Origin: Octopus bimaculoides
Lineage: Eukaryota
Length of the DNA stretch: 36,239 bases
Reading direction: 5' to 3'
NCBI RefSeq assembly: GCF_001194135.2
Contig: NC_069006.1
Location: forward strand, 21,923,237-21,959,475
A program made the translations under genes and the position numbers. Shown one piece after another: positions 1 to 12,960 of this stretch; the stretch's first letter is position 1, and each line of letters starts with the position of its first letter. A model generated the notes under the pieces. It was not told the DNA's origin. It saw nothing but the letters and a program-made list of their open reading frames with translations, and did not search any database.

Positions 1-113
1 ATATATATATATATATATATATATAACATGCATGTGTGTGTGTGTGTCTTTATATATAGACACATACACATATAAATATCTCATATATATATATATACAC
101 ACACACATATGCG

Positions 114-144
<31 letters not shown>

Positions 145-245
145 ATACATACAAAAAAAAAATATATATATATACATACACACACGTGTGTACACATGCA
201 CACATAGATAACAGTGTACATACTGTATGTATGTATGTATATATA
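1..245. repeat. Compound (TA)n/(CA)n/(TATG)n microsatellite
   Basis: Direct inspection. Confidence 0.95.
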
Positions 246-945
246 ATTAAATTGAATCATAACCAAAGGACAGGACCACAACTTTGAGGGAAGGGGAAGG
301 GAACTGTTATGGCTATCAAACCCAGTTTTTGATTGGTTCTTTATTTTGTACTCACAAAATAAAGGGAGGTAACTAAATATCAAAAAGCATTTAATCCGCT
401 TCTGATCTGATTTCAGTCAATCCCATACAGTCCTCTGAGAAAATGCAATAGCAATTTTGTAAGGCAACATAATGGAGAAGAGTGTACTGTCCTGATTTAC
501 TGATGCCTGGTGTTATGATAGTTATAGGTGCAAGTATTGCTGTGTGGTAAGAAGTTTTCTTCCTAACCACATGGTTTTGTAAAAAAAACAACAAACAACT
601 TCAATAATATCAAGATTTAGTCCCATTGATGAGACCTAACAAAACTGAAACATGTCAGTTGCTTTCGTGCCTTGTCTTTAAAGACAAGACCTGGTCCTCG
701 TTACATTGTCTTTATTCCTCTTCAATTTAGATTAGCTGATAACCATAGGAGTTGCCTCCTTTGCTTGTTTTAAACATCAAAACAACCGTTGTTGTTTCAT
801 TTGCATCTGTGAAACTTTTGAGAATGGAGATTACAGTGGAACTGTTAATACAAAATATTTAACTGCCACAATGTGCTGAGTGCTCTTTTCTTTCATTTGT
901 AATATGTTTATCTTTCTGTCTACTACTCATCCATCCGTGTGCCTA

Positions 946-1140
946 GGAAAATGGAAGACAAGTCAGCCAAGTGGAAAAGTGTGTGCCAATGAAGGCTACA
1001 ACTAACACAGCAGGGCATTCCATCGTGTGTCCAGTATGTGGCCACCATTGGGCATTTGACATTAGATCCCACATGAGGGTACACAAATGAACAAAGTGCT
1101 AGGTTGGTCTCTATCGACCACACTAGGTGACCAACAAAAA
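946..1140 (+). mobile_element. RTE-clade LINE 3' end remnant
   Basis: Decayed EDKxAKxK...IVCPVCGHHWAFDIRSHMRVHK* matches the C-terminal CxxC...HxRxH motif of RTE ORF2; followed by a short 3' UTR. Confidence 0.65.
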
Positions 1141-1167
1141 CAGTATATGATACAGCCATGCCTAATG

Positions 1168-1525
1168 CTGTTAAAAAGTTTGGTTCCACATGGTTTCAGG
1201 TTCAGACCCAGTGCATAGCACCATGGTCAAATACCTTCCACTATATCCCCTGGCTGATCAAAACTTGGTAAAGACAACAAGAATCTCATCACATATATAT
1301 GTGCGCGTGAGGGAGTGTCTCTTTGACTTGACATGAGATTGTTGGAAATGAATGTCACTATCATACAATGTCATTCATTTCCAATATTCTGCAAGAGTAA
1401 GTCCAGCTATGAAAATAAGCAAGGAGTGGCAAGAAAAAAGGCGTCTGACTGTAGAAATCCTGCTTTAATAAACTGTGTCCAAATTATGCAAGCACAAAAA
1501 AAAGTGGACATTAAAATGATGATGG
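1168..1525 (+). mobile_element. SINE: tRNA-like head A + tail module D
   Basis: ggttcagacccagtgcatagcaccatgg head; tail ...gcaagcacaaaaaaaagtggacattaaaatgatgatg similar to 13215-13470. Confidence 0.7.
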
Positions 1526-2719
1526 ATATATATGTGTGTGTGTGCATGTGAGATATATACAGATATACATATGCACTCATATGTGTGTGTGTGTGTGTGT
1601 GTGCATGCGTGATATATATCACACACACACAGACATATTAACATGTATGCCTCAGTTGTTAGATAGCCAGTTTGTTTCTATTTCTGTTGTTGTAAAAGAA
1701 TAATATAAAAAAAAGAAAAAAATCAGTGGACATTTTGTCAAAGAACTATTTTTCGCTGTTTGACATGATAAAGATAATGTTTAGTGAAATATGTATACAG
1801 CTAATGCTGATAATTTTGTTTTAACACGTACAACTTCAAATCAAGTAATGTTAAAAGGAAAAATAATCTGTTTTTTTTTTGTTTTTTTAATATTGAATGA
1901 GATAATTGGAGTGAGAGAGAGGTGGGGGGAGATAGATAGGTAGATAGAGAGAGAGATAGAGAGGGTATTGGTATAATACAGATAAAACTAAACTAAACTC
2001 GACCAGACTAAAGAATATCAGACCGAACTTTTGATTAGCATGATGAAAGAAATTAACACACACACATGATAAATACATATATATGAGTGTGTGTGTGTGT
2101 GTGTGTGGAGAGGGAGAAAGAGAGACAGACACACACACTCATATATATATGTAGACAGGCACATACGCACATACAAAATAATATGAATGAAAAAGAATAA
2201 TATTAAAAGCTAATGATGATAAATTAGATTTCATTTCTTTGTTGAAAACACCAAGAAATGCTATTGGGTATTGTTTCTACATCTGTAAAATAATTCCTAT
2301 TCTTAGATATTGGAAAAATCTCAAATTTCTAACATAAAAGATGAAAAAGTCAAAATCTTTTGATTGTATGCACTGTAGCAATGAGATTAAAATTTTATAT
2401 TGGAGGTTTGTAGATAATTTAAATATTTTATATTGGGAAATAGGAGCAGTGGAGGAGCTCTAGACAGTGGAGTAGTTTACAGATTTACAGATTGGGTGAA
2501 TCTGATTGAATGGTTGAGTTTCATTTTGACTTGTTAGCTAAGACAATGTTTTCAGTTCAAACTCTTATTTGAACCAATTTATTTTTATCATTTGCTGGCA
2601 TACAAGTTGAAATTTTTAGACTGAAACTTATAATCCCCAAAAAGACATGTTGACTTATATACCAAGATGATTTTGGAGGACTAAGAATTCTATGCAAAAT
2701 GCTGCTGGATTTGAAAAGA

Positions 2720-3008
2720 TAGTGATGACCACTTTTTAGAGTTATCTCAATAATTTTTCTATAGAAATTAAAGCAAGCATTGAAAGTTATGATGCTTCAT
2801 ATAAGAATATGTCAATGTAAACAATGCTATCAAAGATAAAAAAATAGGCAATGGGTCTATATGCAGATTTCAGGAGTTATTGCTCCTTCTTCAGCATCAC
2901 CGTTGTTTACATAAATGTATTCATATACAAAACATCATAACTTTCAGGGCTGGCTCTAATTTTTTCTAGAAAATCTGTAGAGATAACTTTAAAAAGTGAT
3001 TCACACTG
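2720..3008. mobile_element. Foldback / MITE-like long imperfect inverted repeat
   Basis: 2730-2748 vs 2980-2998 (18/19), 2781-2794 vs 2933-2946 (14/14), 2815-2824 vs 2903-2912 (10/10), all on one symmetry axis (~2864). Termini TAGTG/CAGTG-like. Confidence 0.75.
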
Positions 3009-3730
3009 CTAGCACAGGTAGGACACAGTGTTGACTTATAACCCCTGAATATACTTGGTAGAATATTATGGTTACATGATGAAATATGGAGTCCCTACCA
3101 GTAATTAATAGTGATGATGTTTCAATCTTTACACTATGTGAACTTGTATACTGGAAAATATGTTACTTAAGAAATAAAAGCCAAGAAGGGAACGATTGAG
3201 TCAATGGTAAAAATGAGTAATTCTGCAATGGACTGGTGTCTTGACTAGGTGGGGAATTTATAATCCATGAAACCAGCCCTTGAGAGCTGGCATCACTTGA
3301 TTCTGCCAGCTTGTCACCTGTATTATTGACCATAAGTCCATTCAATAAGGGTTAATATATGGGTCAAACAACACCAACAATAGCAGCAGCAGGAGCAGTA
3401 ATAATAATAACAACAACAACAAACAGTGAAAATTATCAATATTATATTGGGAAATACTGACTGTAAGTTGACTGAAAGAGAAAAATATTGGATCAGTATT
3501 GGATCAAATTTCTTTCAGTGACCAGTCTTAGACTCCACCCCACCACCACCACCAACCCCATGTTTCTGAACTAAATTTTAAAAGCTTCTAAAGGAGAAAG
3601 GAGAGGAGGGGACATATTGATTTTGCTATAGATTCCTTTAAAGCAAAAATATGAAATATTGATTTCTAGTATAGTCGTAAGGCTACAAGTTTTGATTGTA
3701 ATTAATTAAATTGATCTTCTTGATACTCTT

Positions 3731-3815
3731 GTGGTCCAGTGGTTGGGATGTTGCCTTTATGATCACAAGATCTTGGTTTTGATTCCTGGACTGGGCAAAG
3801 CATTTTGTCTTTTAT
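3731..3815 (+). mobile_element. SINE tRNA-like head fragment
   Basis: gtggtccagtggttggg (A box) ... ggttttgattcctgg (B box). Confidence 0.55.
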
Positions 3816-4037
3816 TCAACCAATTCTACCAATCCATGGCTGTCCATGTTTCAATCCAAATTTATAATCAACAAACCCCCACCACTTCTACAAAAACAGA
3901 TATTGGTCATAATCAAGAAGATAAATCAATAATATATTGTAAAATGATTCTATTTTCATACAAATTTATCAACAACAAAAAAAAAGATATTGGATAGATA
4001 TTTGGATATCGATGAAATGAGGTTTCATTAATAGTTG

Positions 4038-4232
4038 GGTATCAAAAGAAAGGATATTTTTGTAACTTTTCAATAGCCGTGAAAATATGTTTTACTATCT
4101 TTTAGATATCAGCCAGTGGATATTTTACTATCATTTTGATATCAGTAAAAGGATATTTTAGTACTTTCTGGATAGCAAAAGGATATTTTACCAGTATCTT
4201 TTGGATATCAGCAAAAGATAGTGTAGTAACTT
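4038..4232. repeat. Degenerate ~33-bp minisatellite, about 6 units
   Basis: Units resemble gatatcagcaaaaggatattttactatcttt, e.g. at 4105, 4138, 4171, 4204. Confidence 0.65.
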
Positions 4233-4490
4233 ATGTGGTCATTTCTTTTTCATTAATATCAGAATAGAAACAAAATAAAGACTTTTCAAATTATCAAAAA
4301 TAAAATAAGTTGAGAAATTCTTCTTGTATTGATTCCCCTTAAAGACCAGTTTAAAACCTATTTGCTACCCTATTCCTAATCAAATAGACTGCCTATGTAT
4401 TTCAATTAATTTAGAAAATAATCAAGTATTTTGAAGGAATTTAGGAAAATTCAATAAAACTTGCATGAATGAATTCAGAATTGAGTTATT

Positions 4491-4688
4491 GACATGATGG
4501 GTCCTTTTCTTTCTGCTATGTTACAGTCTTTGGCTCACTGTTCAAATGTATCTTCTCTGTGCCTTTTGTATAAGTGTTTCCATGGTTATTGCTCTGTTGA
4601 ACTTTATAGTCTAGTACCTTCTGTCAAGACCTTCACATGAATCACATGCTTCTCTTCTCAGACACATTGTTTCTCTACTGAGCTTCCT
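4491..4688 (+). mobile_element. Non-LTR retrotransposon ORF2 C-terminal remnant (CR1/L2/Jockey-group-like)
   Basis: LQSLAHCSNVSSLCLLYKCFHGYCSVELYSLVPSVKTFT*ITCFSSQTH resembles the LQxLxHRRxVxSLxLFYRYxHGxCSxELxSLVP motif; the differences fit CpG decay of Arg codons. Confidence 0.7.
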
Positions 4689-4758
4689 ATTGTTCCAGAT
4701 GTCATGATTGTTTATAGCACATGGATGAAGGAGTTGCATTCTCCCTCCAAGAACCCAG

Positions 4759-4798
4759 GCTCAGCCATGCTTTGTTCCTGATGTGTTGGAGTATGAAG
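4759..4798 (+). CDS. Candidate upstream exon ending in phase 1: AQPCFVPDVLEYE(G|)
   Basis: Good donor GAAG|gtatct. The 5' boundary is ambiguous: cccag| at 4758, or tttatag| at 4717 giving a different open frame HMDEGVAFSLQEPRLSHALFLMCWSMK. Confidence 0.25.
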
Positions 4799-5782
4799 GT
4801 ATCTATATAAACACATTATAATATAATTTTATTTCAAAATTTCTTGCCGGTGAAGAAAGAGATGAAGAAAATCCAAAAGTCCTTCATTGTAATTTCATCC
4901 GCATGGTGGTTGTGTATATATGAATGTGTATATGCAAGTATTTAGAGTCAGTAATTGTGTAGGTCTGTTTTGTTTTATGTATGTATACTCATGCATACAG
5001 TTAGATGTCTAGACATGTACATGTGTACTTAAATGCTAAACTTTTGTATGTATGAATGTATGTATATTTTTTTCTCAGGTATTTAAGCTATTTTCTTTAC
5101 AAATTTCTAATCAGTCATGAAGTGGCAAGGTTCTTTTGTTTAAAACAAGACAGCTCTTGGGGTTTGTGGATAAAACTGCACTTACAAAGCATGTGTGCAT
5201 GTCCCTTTAGTACACAAGTGTATGTACTTCATTACTATTTATGTGTGAGTGTGTATGCTTGCATGTGTGTGCGCGCGTGTGTGTGCATGTGTATGTATGT
5301 ATGTGTGATGTGTGTGGTGCATTTGAGTGCATATGAGAAATGTGCTGGAGCATGTACAAACCATATGTATGTGTGCTCAGCCCAAGAACTAAATCTCAAA
5401 TGGAGAATCCCTGGAATGTATTTGCATCAGAAATGCCATAAATTAATGGCTGATCCATTGGAAAACCTGTTATTAATGATGCAACGATTCACCAAATGCA
5501 AATTAAAATAAAATAAATGTCTACATCATCTGGATATATTTCTACTACTTATTTCATTTTATTACATGCAATAATAATAAAAAAATTAATGATATATATT
5601 AAAATTAAGACTTAATATGTTAAGTGCATCAAACATTTTTCTCTCCTTTTACAAATCTAAACTTTTAGAATTTTAAAACTCTATGACAAAATGCTAAGAA
5701 CAATCAGTGATTTTTACTTTATGTTGTATTATCTTCTCTGCCGAACCACTTAGGACATCAGACAAACAAGTAATTTATTTCT

Positions 5783-5822
<40 letters not shown>

Positions 5823-6160
5823 AAAGTCCATAGTTTTCCAATAACTTTCTTCCTCCCTCCCTCCCTATCTACTACATATACATACATACATGTATGTATG
5901 TGTGTGTGTGTGTGTGCGTGTATATATATATATATATATATATATATGTAGATTTGGTTCAAAGTATTTTATTTTTTCAATCGAAAAAAAAAAAAAAGAA
6001 TAATTTTAAACTTAATAAGTCAATAACTACAGAATTATTGAGATAATAAAACAGTCAATTTATAATTCTAAAACACTACCAGATAAAAATCTCACTATTA
6101 TATTTCAACATACAAAAAGCAATTTCCTTTAAAAAAAATTAAAAACCTTCACCAAGAACA

Positions 6161-6203
<43 letters not shown>

Positions 6204-6310
6204 TCTATATATGTGTGTGTATATATATACACATACACATACTTATATATGTGTGTGTTTGTATAAATGTATGTGTATACTCTCACACACACACACACAC
6301 ACATATATAT
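5783..6310. repeat. (TA)n/(TG)n/(CA)n microsatellite clusters
   Basis: Direct inspection; two clusters at about 5783-5948 and 6160-6310. Confidence 0.9.
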
Positions 6311-6569
6311 AAGGAATATTTTTCTATTTTTCCTGCCTAACAAAATAGAGTAGCTGCTATATAAACAATTTATAGCAGGAATCAAAAAGCCAACACATGG
6401 CTGCTCAATTTGTCAATTTGTTAGAAATGGCAGTTAAACCTCTTCCAAATCACACACAGCCTATAGTCTTTAATAAAATGAACACATTAGACATTGTAGG
6501 CCTAGATATAGAGAAAGATGGGTTGGTTATAAGTCTACTTGATCAAAGCTAACCAGGGGCTAAACATAA

Positions 6570-6705
6570 ACAGTATTAACTTGGACTCAGTCAGTTACGA
6601 CATTGATGTTCTAGTTGATCCGATCAATGGAACAGCCTACTTATGAAATTAATGTGGAAGTGGCTGAGTACTCCATAAACACGCATACCTTTAACATAGT
6701 TCTTA
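6570..6705 (-). mobile_element. SINE family F body fragment
   Basis: atcaatggaacagcctacttatgaaattaatgtggaagtggctgagtactcc is nearly identical to 26370-26430. Confidence 0.65.
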
Positions 6706-6944
6706 TACACAGACATATGTGTATATGTATGTATGCTAAAATGGTTAAGAAATTTATCTTGCAATAATGAAGCCCTAAATTTGATCAAGTGTTTTCATGA
6801 ACTAATCCGAATCTGTCACATGAATGGAATTGATTAGATGGAACTTGTAATCAAAAAGTCAAGAACTGGCTGGAAAGTAGCATGAGTGTAAAATAACTCA
6901 AATGAGGTGACGAATGGTGCAAAAGTAATTTGAAATATAGTCAG

Positions 6945-7190
6945 AGGCAATTTGATGAGGCAGATTTTCTACACTTAAATGCTATTCTTGTCGCCAACCC
7001 TCATCTGTTTCCAGGCAAGTTAATATTTCATCATGACCAGATATGTTTTCACAGATTATTGGGAAAAAAAAAATGACACTGCTGGAGCTTGATACAGCCT
7101 TGTGACTCACTGGATCTTATCAAATTGTGCAACTCATGCTAGCATGGAAAATAAACGTTAAATGATGATGATAGTGATGGTGATGATGAT
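6945..7190. mobile_element. SINE tail fragments D(-) 6945-7060 and E(+) 7075-7190
   Basis: gaggcagattttctac...caaccctcatctgtttcc matches 12585-12650; catgctagcatggaaaataaacgttaaatgatgatg tail. Confidence 0.6.
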
Positions 7191-7823
7191 AACAACAATA
7201 TTCTACATACCCAGACACTTCTAATGTTTACCTAATCTTAAAAATATAACGAATCCCTCTCTCTGCCTACAACCCATCTACAATACACTACCATGTAAAA
7301 TACACATCTCATTTTTGAAGCCTAACCTCTCCTAACCCTCTTTGCTTGTCCTGTGTAAACACATTTGATACACAGGACATACTTTCCTGATTTACATTCA
7401 TTAGGCATGATATATTTTCCTAATTTTTTTCGGCCACCAGTGTAACTTGGGACTTATGAAAAGAAAAGATTTATATTACTCAGAAAGCCTAAACCAAGAG
7501 CTAACTAAACGTCTGAAAACAAGCAGCAAAGTTAATGAAAATTCTTTGGACAGGGAAAGGGCTAAAAGCCTTAAAATATCTTACATAACATAGTGTTGCA
7601 TAATTGCAGCAAGTGCAGATAATCTACTATAATACAATATATTAGTTTTTAATATTTCATATAGAATATATTGATATACAATAAAAAAAAATAATCGAAA
7701 AATTAATAAAGCTTTATTGCATTATTGTTTTTTCTAAATAAAAGTGGAGGTGGGGGTATCGTTACAGCCTAATACATAATTCTAAATTTGATTTTGGAGG
7801 TATAAGGGCTTATAATAATAATA

Positions 7824-8035
7824 ATAATCCTTTCTACTACAATCACAAGGCCTGAAATTTTGTAGGAGGGTGCTAGTTGATTCCATTGACCCCAGTGTTT
7901 CACTGGTATTTATTTCGACTCCAAAAAGATGAAAAGCAAAATTGACCCCGGTGGAATTTGAACACAGAACGTAGTGACAGGTGAGATGCCACTAAGTATT
8001 TTGCCCAGCATAGCAATGATTCTGCCAGCTCACAG
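7824..8035 (-). mobile_element. SINE family B, near full length
   Basis: cacaaggcctgaaatttt...gaccccagtgtttcactgg...aatttgaacacagaacgt...gattctgccagctc; homologous to 27810, 29520, 30105, 34450. Confidence 0.85.
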
Positions 8036-8074
8036 CTTTAGGTTTCATGCCTAATGTAAATATTCATACATACA

Positions 8075-8225
8075 CACGATGGGCTTCAGTGTAGTCTCCA
8101 TTTATTAATTTCACACCCAAGACTTTGGTTAGCACAAAACTACAGTAGAAGATACATACTGAGAGTGCCATGTCAAGAGATAGAATTTGAAACCATGAGA
8201 CTATGAAACTTATTCCATAACAAAA
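8075..8225 (-). mobile_element. SINE head A (diverged)
   Basis: gatgggcttc...gactttggtt...tagaagatac...gtgccatg...gaaaccatg. Confidence 0.6.
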
Positions 8226-8410
8226 CTAAATTCTACAATACATTCAACTAGTATGATATTCCATTATCACAATCATCTTTCCAAATATCTATGGAAACCA
8301 TAATTTTGTGTTAGTGGAGGTGGTAGAAAAAGAAAAAAAAAAAACAAAAAAAAAAAAACAGAAGAAGCAAATTTCACATCTCCAAAATTCTCTTGATCTT
8401 TATCCTGTAG

Positions 8411-8458
8411 ATTATCAGCCATTTAAAAGTTTTGTGAAATTAACTTTACCAAAAAATA
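8411..8458 (+). CDS. Candidate symmetric exon (phase 1-1, 48 nt): (D)YQPFKSFVKLTLPKN
   Basis: Strong acceptor ttctcttgatctttatcctgtag|, moderate donor ATA|gtaaac, phase-compatible with the 4798 donor and the 17285 acceptor. Confidence 0.25.
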
Positions 8459-8574
8459 GTAAACTTCTTCAGCTGACATAAAAAAAGAAAGCAAAGAATT
8501 CAACCTTATTGGTTTTGAATACTTTTGTTTGTTTGTTTTGGTTTGTTGCAAAACCACCCACATGGAACAGAGCA

Positions 8575-8576
8575 GC

Positions 8577-8635
<59 letters not shown>

Positions 8636-8925
8636 AAAAAAAATATATATAATATATATAATACATAAATACATATATAATGTATATATATTCAAAATAT
8701 ATAACTATATATATGTATAAATATATATATAAAATATATGTATACATATATAATGCACATATATAAAAAAATATGGATAATATATACATGTGATATACAT
8801 ATATAAAAAATATATATACATATAATACGTAATACACACACACACACAGATGGAGATGTATGCATATATATAGTTATATAAATTATGTACATGCACATAC
8901 ATAATTTAAATGTCACTGGAGATAT
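8575..8925. repeat. (CT)n(TA)n(CA)n and degenerate TA-rich tract running into gap 8926-9379
   Basis: Direct inspection. Confidence 0.95.
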
Positions 8926-10049
8926 NNNNNNNNNNNNNNNNNNNNNNNNNNNNNNNNNNNNNNNNNNNNNNNNNNNNNNNNNNNNNNNNNNNNNNNNNNN
9001 NNNNNNNNNNNNNNNNNNNNNNNNNNNNNNNNNNNNNNNNNNNNNNNNNNNNNNNNNNNNNNNNNNNNNNNNNNNNNNNNNNNNNNNNNNNNNNNNNNNN
9101 NNNNNNNNNNNNNNNNNNNNNNNNNNNNNNNNNNNNNNNNNNNNNNNNNNNNNNNNNNNNNNNNNNNNNNNNNNNNNNNNNNNNNNNNNNNNNNNNNNNN
9201 NNNNNNNNNNNNNNNNNNNNNNNNNNNNNNNNNNNNNNNNNNNNNNNNNNNNNNNNNNNNNNNNNNNNNNNNNNNNNNNNNNNNNNNNNNNNNNNNNNNN
9301 NNNNNNNNNNNNNNNNNNNNNNNNNNNNNNNNNNNNNNNNNNNNNNNNNNNNNNNNNNNNNNNNNNNNNNNNNNNNNNNATATATATGCATGATGATTTG
9401 ACATGAAGATGATTTTCATGGTTCTTTTATTTTTTTCACCTCTCTCTCTGTCTCCATCCACTTTATGCACAGTTTCAGATGAAAGGATGATTAGATAAAG
9501 ATAGATAATGTTGGATAACCTAAGCTAAATATTGGATTTATAGCCATCACTTTCAAGCATGTTTCAGATATAAATATATATATGTGTGTGTGTGTGTGTG
9601 CATGTGTGTGTGTTTGTGTGTGCATGAAGAAATCCACCCCAAAATCATGACCAAAGTCTCAAGCATGAAAAGAGTAAAAAAAATATATATTCCTATTTTG
9701 CATGTCAATTTTTTTCCCCTTGTCTTTCTTTATCTCATTCAGTTGTTTTGTGTCTTTGTGTATTCTTCCCTCCTTCAACACATTTACCTGTTTGATACAT
9801 ATATACAAACATACACACACATGAACACAAATATATATGGGAGTATGTATGTATTCACACACACACACACACACACACGTGCATGTAGTTTTGTTTTTTG
9901 AGAAGAATTCCCTTGCACTCCAAATATTGATATAAACAACAATATCTATAGCTCAGTGATTACCACAGTTATTATGTAACAACACACAAAAGGTGGTAAA
10001 TTCTATAATTCAGTTTTTTGATCATTTCTCTACACATTTGTGTGTGTGC

Positions 10050-10101
<52 letters not shown>

Positions 10102-10444
10102 AAATGTGTGTATACTACACACACACACACTCACATATATATATTTCCCGCTTTATGTATATTTCTGTTTTATATAATTTTTCTTTTTAAATTTTTAGTT
10201 TGATCTATTTGGTATAAAACAAGTTTAAACAAAGAAACAAAAAAAAAAGAAAGAAAGAAATGTTAGCACTTCACAATGGAATTATTTTGTTTTACTTTGC
10301 TTTTTTTCTTCTACTGTTTTTTTGTTATTTTATTCATTTGCACTCATTGAATTATATTTGAGAAAAAAAAAATTTTCTCGTCTTTTAGTAAAATGTTACC
10401 ACTTATCGCACCACTGAGCTGTTTCTTTTAGCAGTACACAATTT

Positions 10445-10559
10445 ATAACACACACACATACACAAATACATGTATACCTCTACACACATACATACACCTA
10501 TGCATATACACACACACACACAAGAAATGTACACACATGTATACATATGTGTACTTGTT

Positions 10560-10605
<46 letters not shown>

Positions 10606-10615
10606 NNNNNNNNNN

Positions 10616-10646
<31 letters not shown>

Positions 10647-10734
10647 TACATATTTGTATATACATATGCATACATGTCTATAGATATATACGTATATAAT
10701 TATATATGTGCCTATCTGTATGTGTGTGTGTGTG

Positions 10735-10783
<49 letters not shown>
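10445..10783. repeat. Compound (CA)/(TA) microsatellite with N gaps
   Basis: Direct inspection. Confidence 0.95.
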
Positions 10784-11471
10784 NNNNNNNNNNNNNNNNN
10801 NNNNNNNNNNNNNNNNNNNNNNNNNNNNNNNNNNNNNNNNNNNNNNNNNNNNNNNNNNNNNNNNNNNNNNNNNNNNNNNNNNNNCAATCAATTAGAACTA
10901 TTCCTCTATTGAATTTCAATATTCCTAACCTTTTAATCTGATATATTAACTTTTATGTTCTATAGCTGAGAATCAATTTAAATACCTATTTGATATAAAT
11001 GACTCTTTTCTTACATTTGTTATTTTTTATTCAGCAAAAAAAAAAAATGAAATAAAATAAAAATAAGAAATAAATGAAAAATTCGGGGAAAAAGAATTAA
11101 CAAAAAAAAAATAAACAAAAGAAAAAAAGAGAAAAAAGCGAAATATAATCAATCTGGGTGTTTCACACAAAGGTGATCATTTCAAAATAATGATTACAAT
11201 GTTAGCCAAAAAGACAAAAAAAAAAGTAAAGAAAAATAAGAACAATGTCTTTATTCTTTCCTTTATTCTTGCAAAAAAATTTTTTTGCAGCTTTACATTA
11301 CATAATTCTTCTTATCTTTTTACCATTTTCCCCCTTTTTCTCCAATTTATAATTTAAAAAATACATACATAATTGTTTTAAATTTATAGATATATTATAT
11401 CTAAAGCTACATATGACCCCCTCCCTCATAAAAAAAAGAACCTCTGCTAAAAACCAAAAACAAAAGAAAGC

Positions 11472-11880
11472 ACCTGGTAGAAGATGTTGCTGAGTAGTTA
11501 AAATAAAATATTGAAGTACTCTCTCAGAATCCATGAGTTTAAGATTCTGAGAATGTACTGGCAAGGTCCCATAACCAATGAAGACATTCTAAAAAGAGGC
11601 AACACAAAACCACATAGTGAAAAATGTCACAGAATGAAGATAAAAACTAACAAGTTACACACTCTGGTTACCAGAACAACACCATGCTAAAACAGCTTTC
11701 AAGTGGACACCACCAGAGGGGAAAAGAGAGGAATTCTGAAGAGTACATAGCACAGAACATTCATGACCAATAAGAGAAAGACCAATATCACAATGCCAGA
11801 AGCAGAGAAAACCACAGCCAACAGAAACTTGTGGTGTTAACTTGCTGCTCAATGTGCTTGAGAGTATAGCAGGAACTAAC
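11472..11880 (+). mobile_element. RTE-clade LINE ORF2 3' remnant
   Basis: KILRMYWQGPITNEDILKR...HAKTAFKWTPPEG(KR)...ST*HRTFMT...EAEKTTANRNLWC*LAAQCA*EYSRN*, with stops and frameshifts. Confidence 0.8.
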
Positions 11881-12537
11881 TCTCTTTCTGAAATAGATTT
11901 GTTTCTAGCACTCTATTTATCAAATATATTATTGTTTTATTTCGAAATAATGTTGACATGAAATTTGAGAAATTTTGGCAGCTATTTCTCAAAGCCAAAA
12001 CATCATATAGAATAAGGTTGCAGCAAACCTAAATTTCAATGACCTTCAAATCTGAAACGACTGAGGAAGTTTCTAAAAAAACATATATAAAAAGATGGGT
12101 TCATGACTTCAGCCCAGACAGTAATCCATTATTACAACTTGTTTGTACTTGTGGCAGGATTTAGATGGGATGGGTTGAGCTGGCTCTGACTAACAAATGT
12201 TTGGAGTTTCAGTGAGTAAGTTCACATCTGGTCCCCACTTATATGCATAAACATGTTGGGATAGTATGATCCATAGCAGCTCATCTTGCCATTGACTGTT
12301 GATCGTCACAGAAGATTCACTGACCAAGTCATCACTGATTATTGGAGCAGACATAACCTAGGTCTGAAGAGGGTTCTAGAGACACACTTTAACGAAGTTA
12401 AGGGGTGCCTCACTTGCAGTGGTCTTCTAACATGATGGACAACAACCTGGAATTTCTGAAGGCCTATGCTATTGCTAGATAGTCATTGAACCCACTCTGG
12501 GTTTATCTATCCATTATAGGGTACAACATCATTACTA

Positions 12538-12960
12538 TTTTAATGACCCCTTTTCCAAGCTTGCATGGGTTAGATGGAGTTTATTGAGGCAGATTTTTCT
12601 ACAGCCAGATGCTGTTCCTATCACCAACCCTCACCTGTGTCCAAAGCAAGGTAATATTTTCTCATGGCAAGGCCAGACATGTTTTTGAAGAATATTGGAA
12701 ATGAATGACATTCATTTACAACAATCACTTTATTTTATCAGTGTTAATGGTTATGGTGTTGCACTCATGATTGCAAGATCATGGTTCCAATTCCCGAACC
12801 AGGCAGTGTGTTGTGTTCTTGAGGAAAACATTTCATTTCACATTGTTCCAATCCACTCAACTATAATTAACTCTTAAATAGACTGGTGTCCCATTCAAGG
12901 GAAATGTTGTGATCTTGGTGGCTTATATACCATGGAAACTGCGTAACCAGCCTTAAGAAT
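12538..12960. mobile_element. SINE tail D(-) 12538-12730 abutting F-like tRNA-headed SINE(+) 12750-12960
   Basis: Matches 33880-34030 (D) and the reverse complement of 35350-35455 (tRNA-like head). Confidence 0.7.

Noticed and set aside
391-594. Minus ORF (...AILAPITIITPGISKSGQY...) and a plus-strand gtaag donor at 547 (MPGVMIVIGASIAVW|)
   Set aside because: Either strand gives an equally plausible short reading. There is no recognisable homology and no clean phase link to the other exons.
1333-1551. Apparent exon with gcaaga|gtaagt donor
   Set aside because: It lies inside SINE tail module D (homologous to 13215-13470).
2860-2990. Exon-like readings on both strands (e.g. DFLEKIRASPESYDVL)
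   Set aside because: Explained by the foldback element; all frames are interrupted by stops.
12330-12480. Possible very old RTE C-terminal fragment (..HLQWSSNMMDNNLEFLKAYAIAR..)
   Set aside because: Similarity is too weak to call without a profile search.
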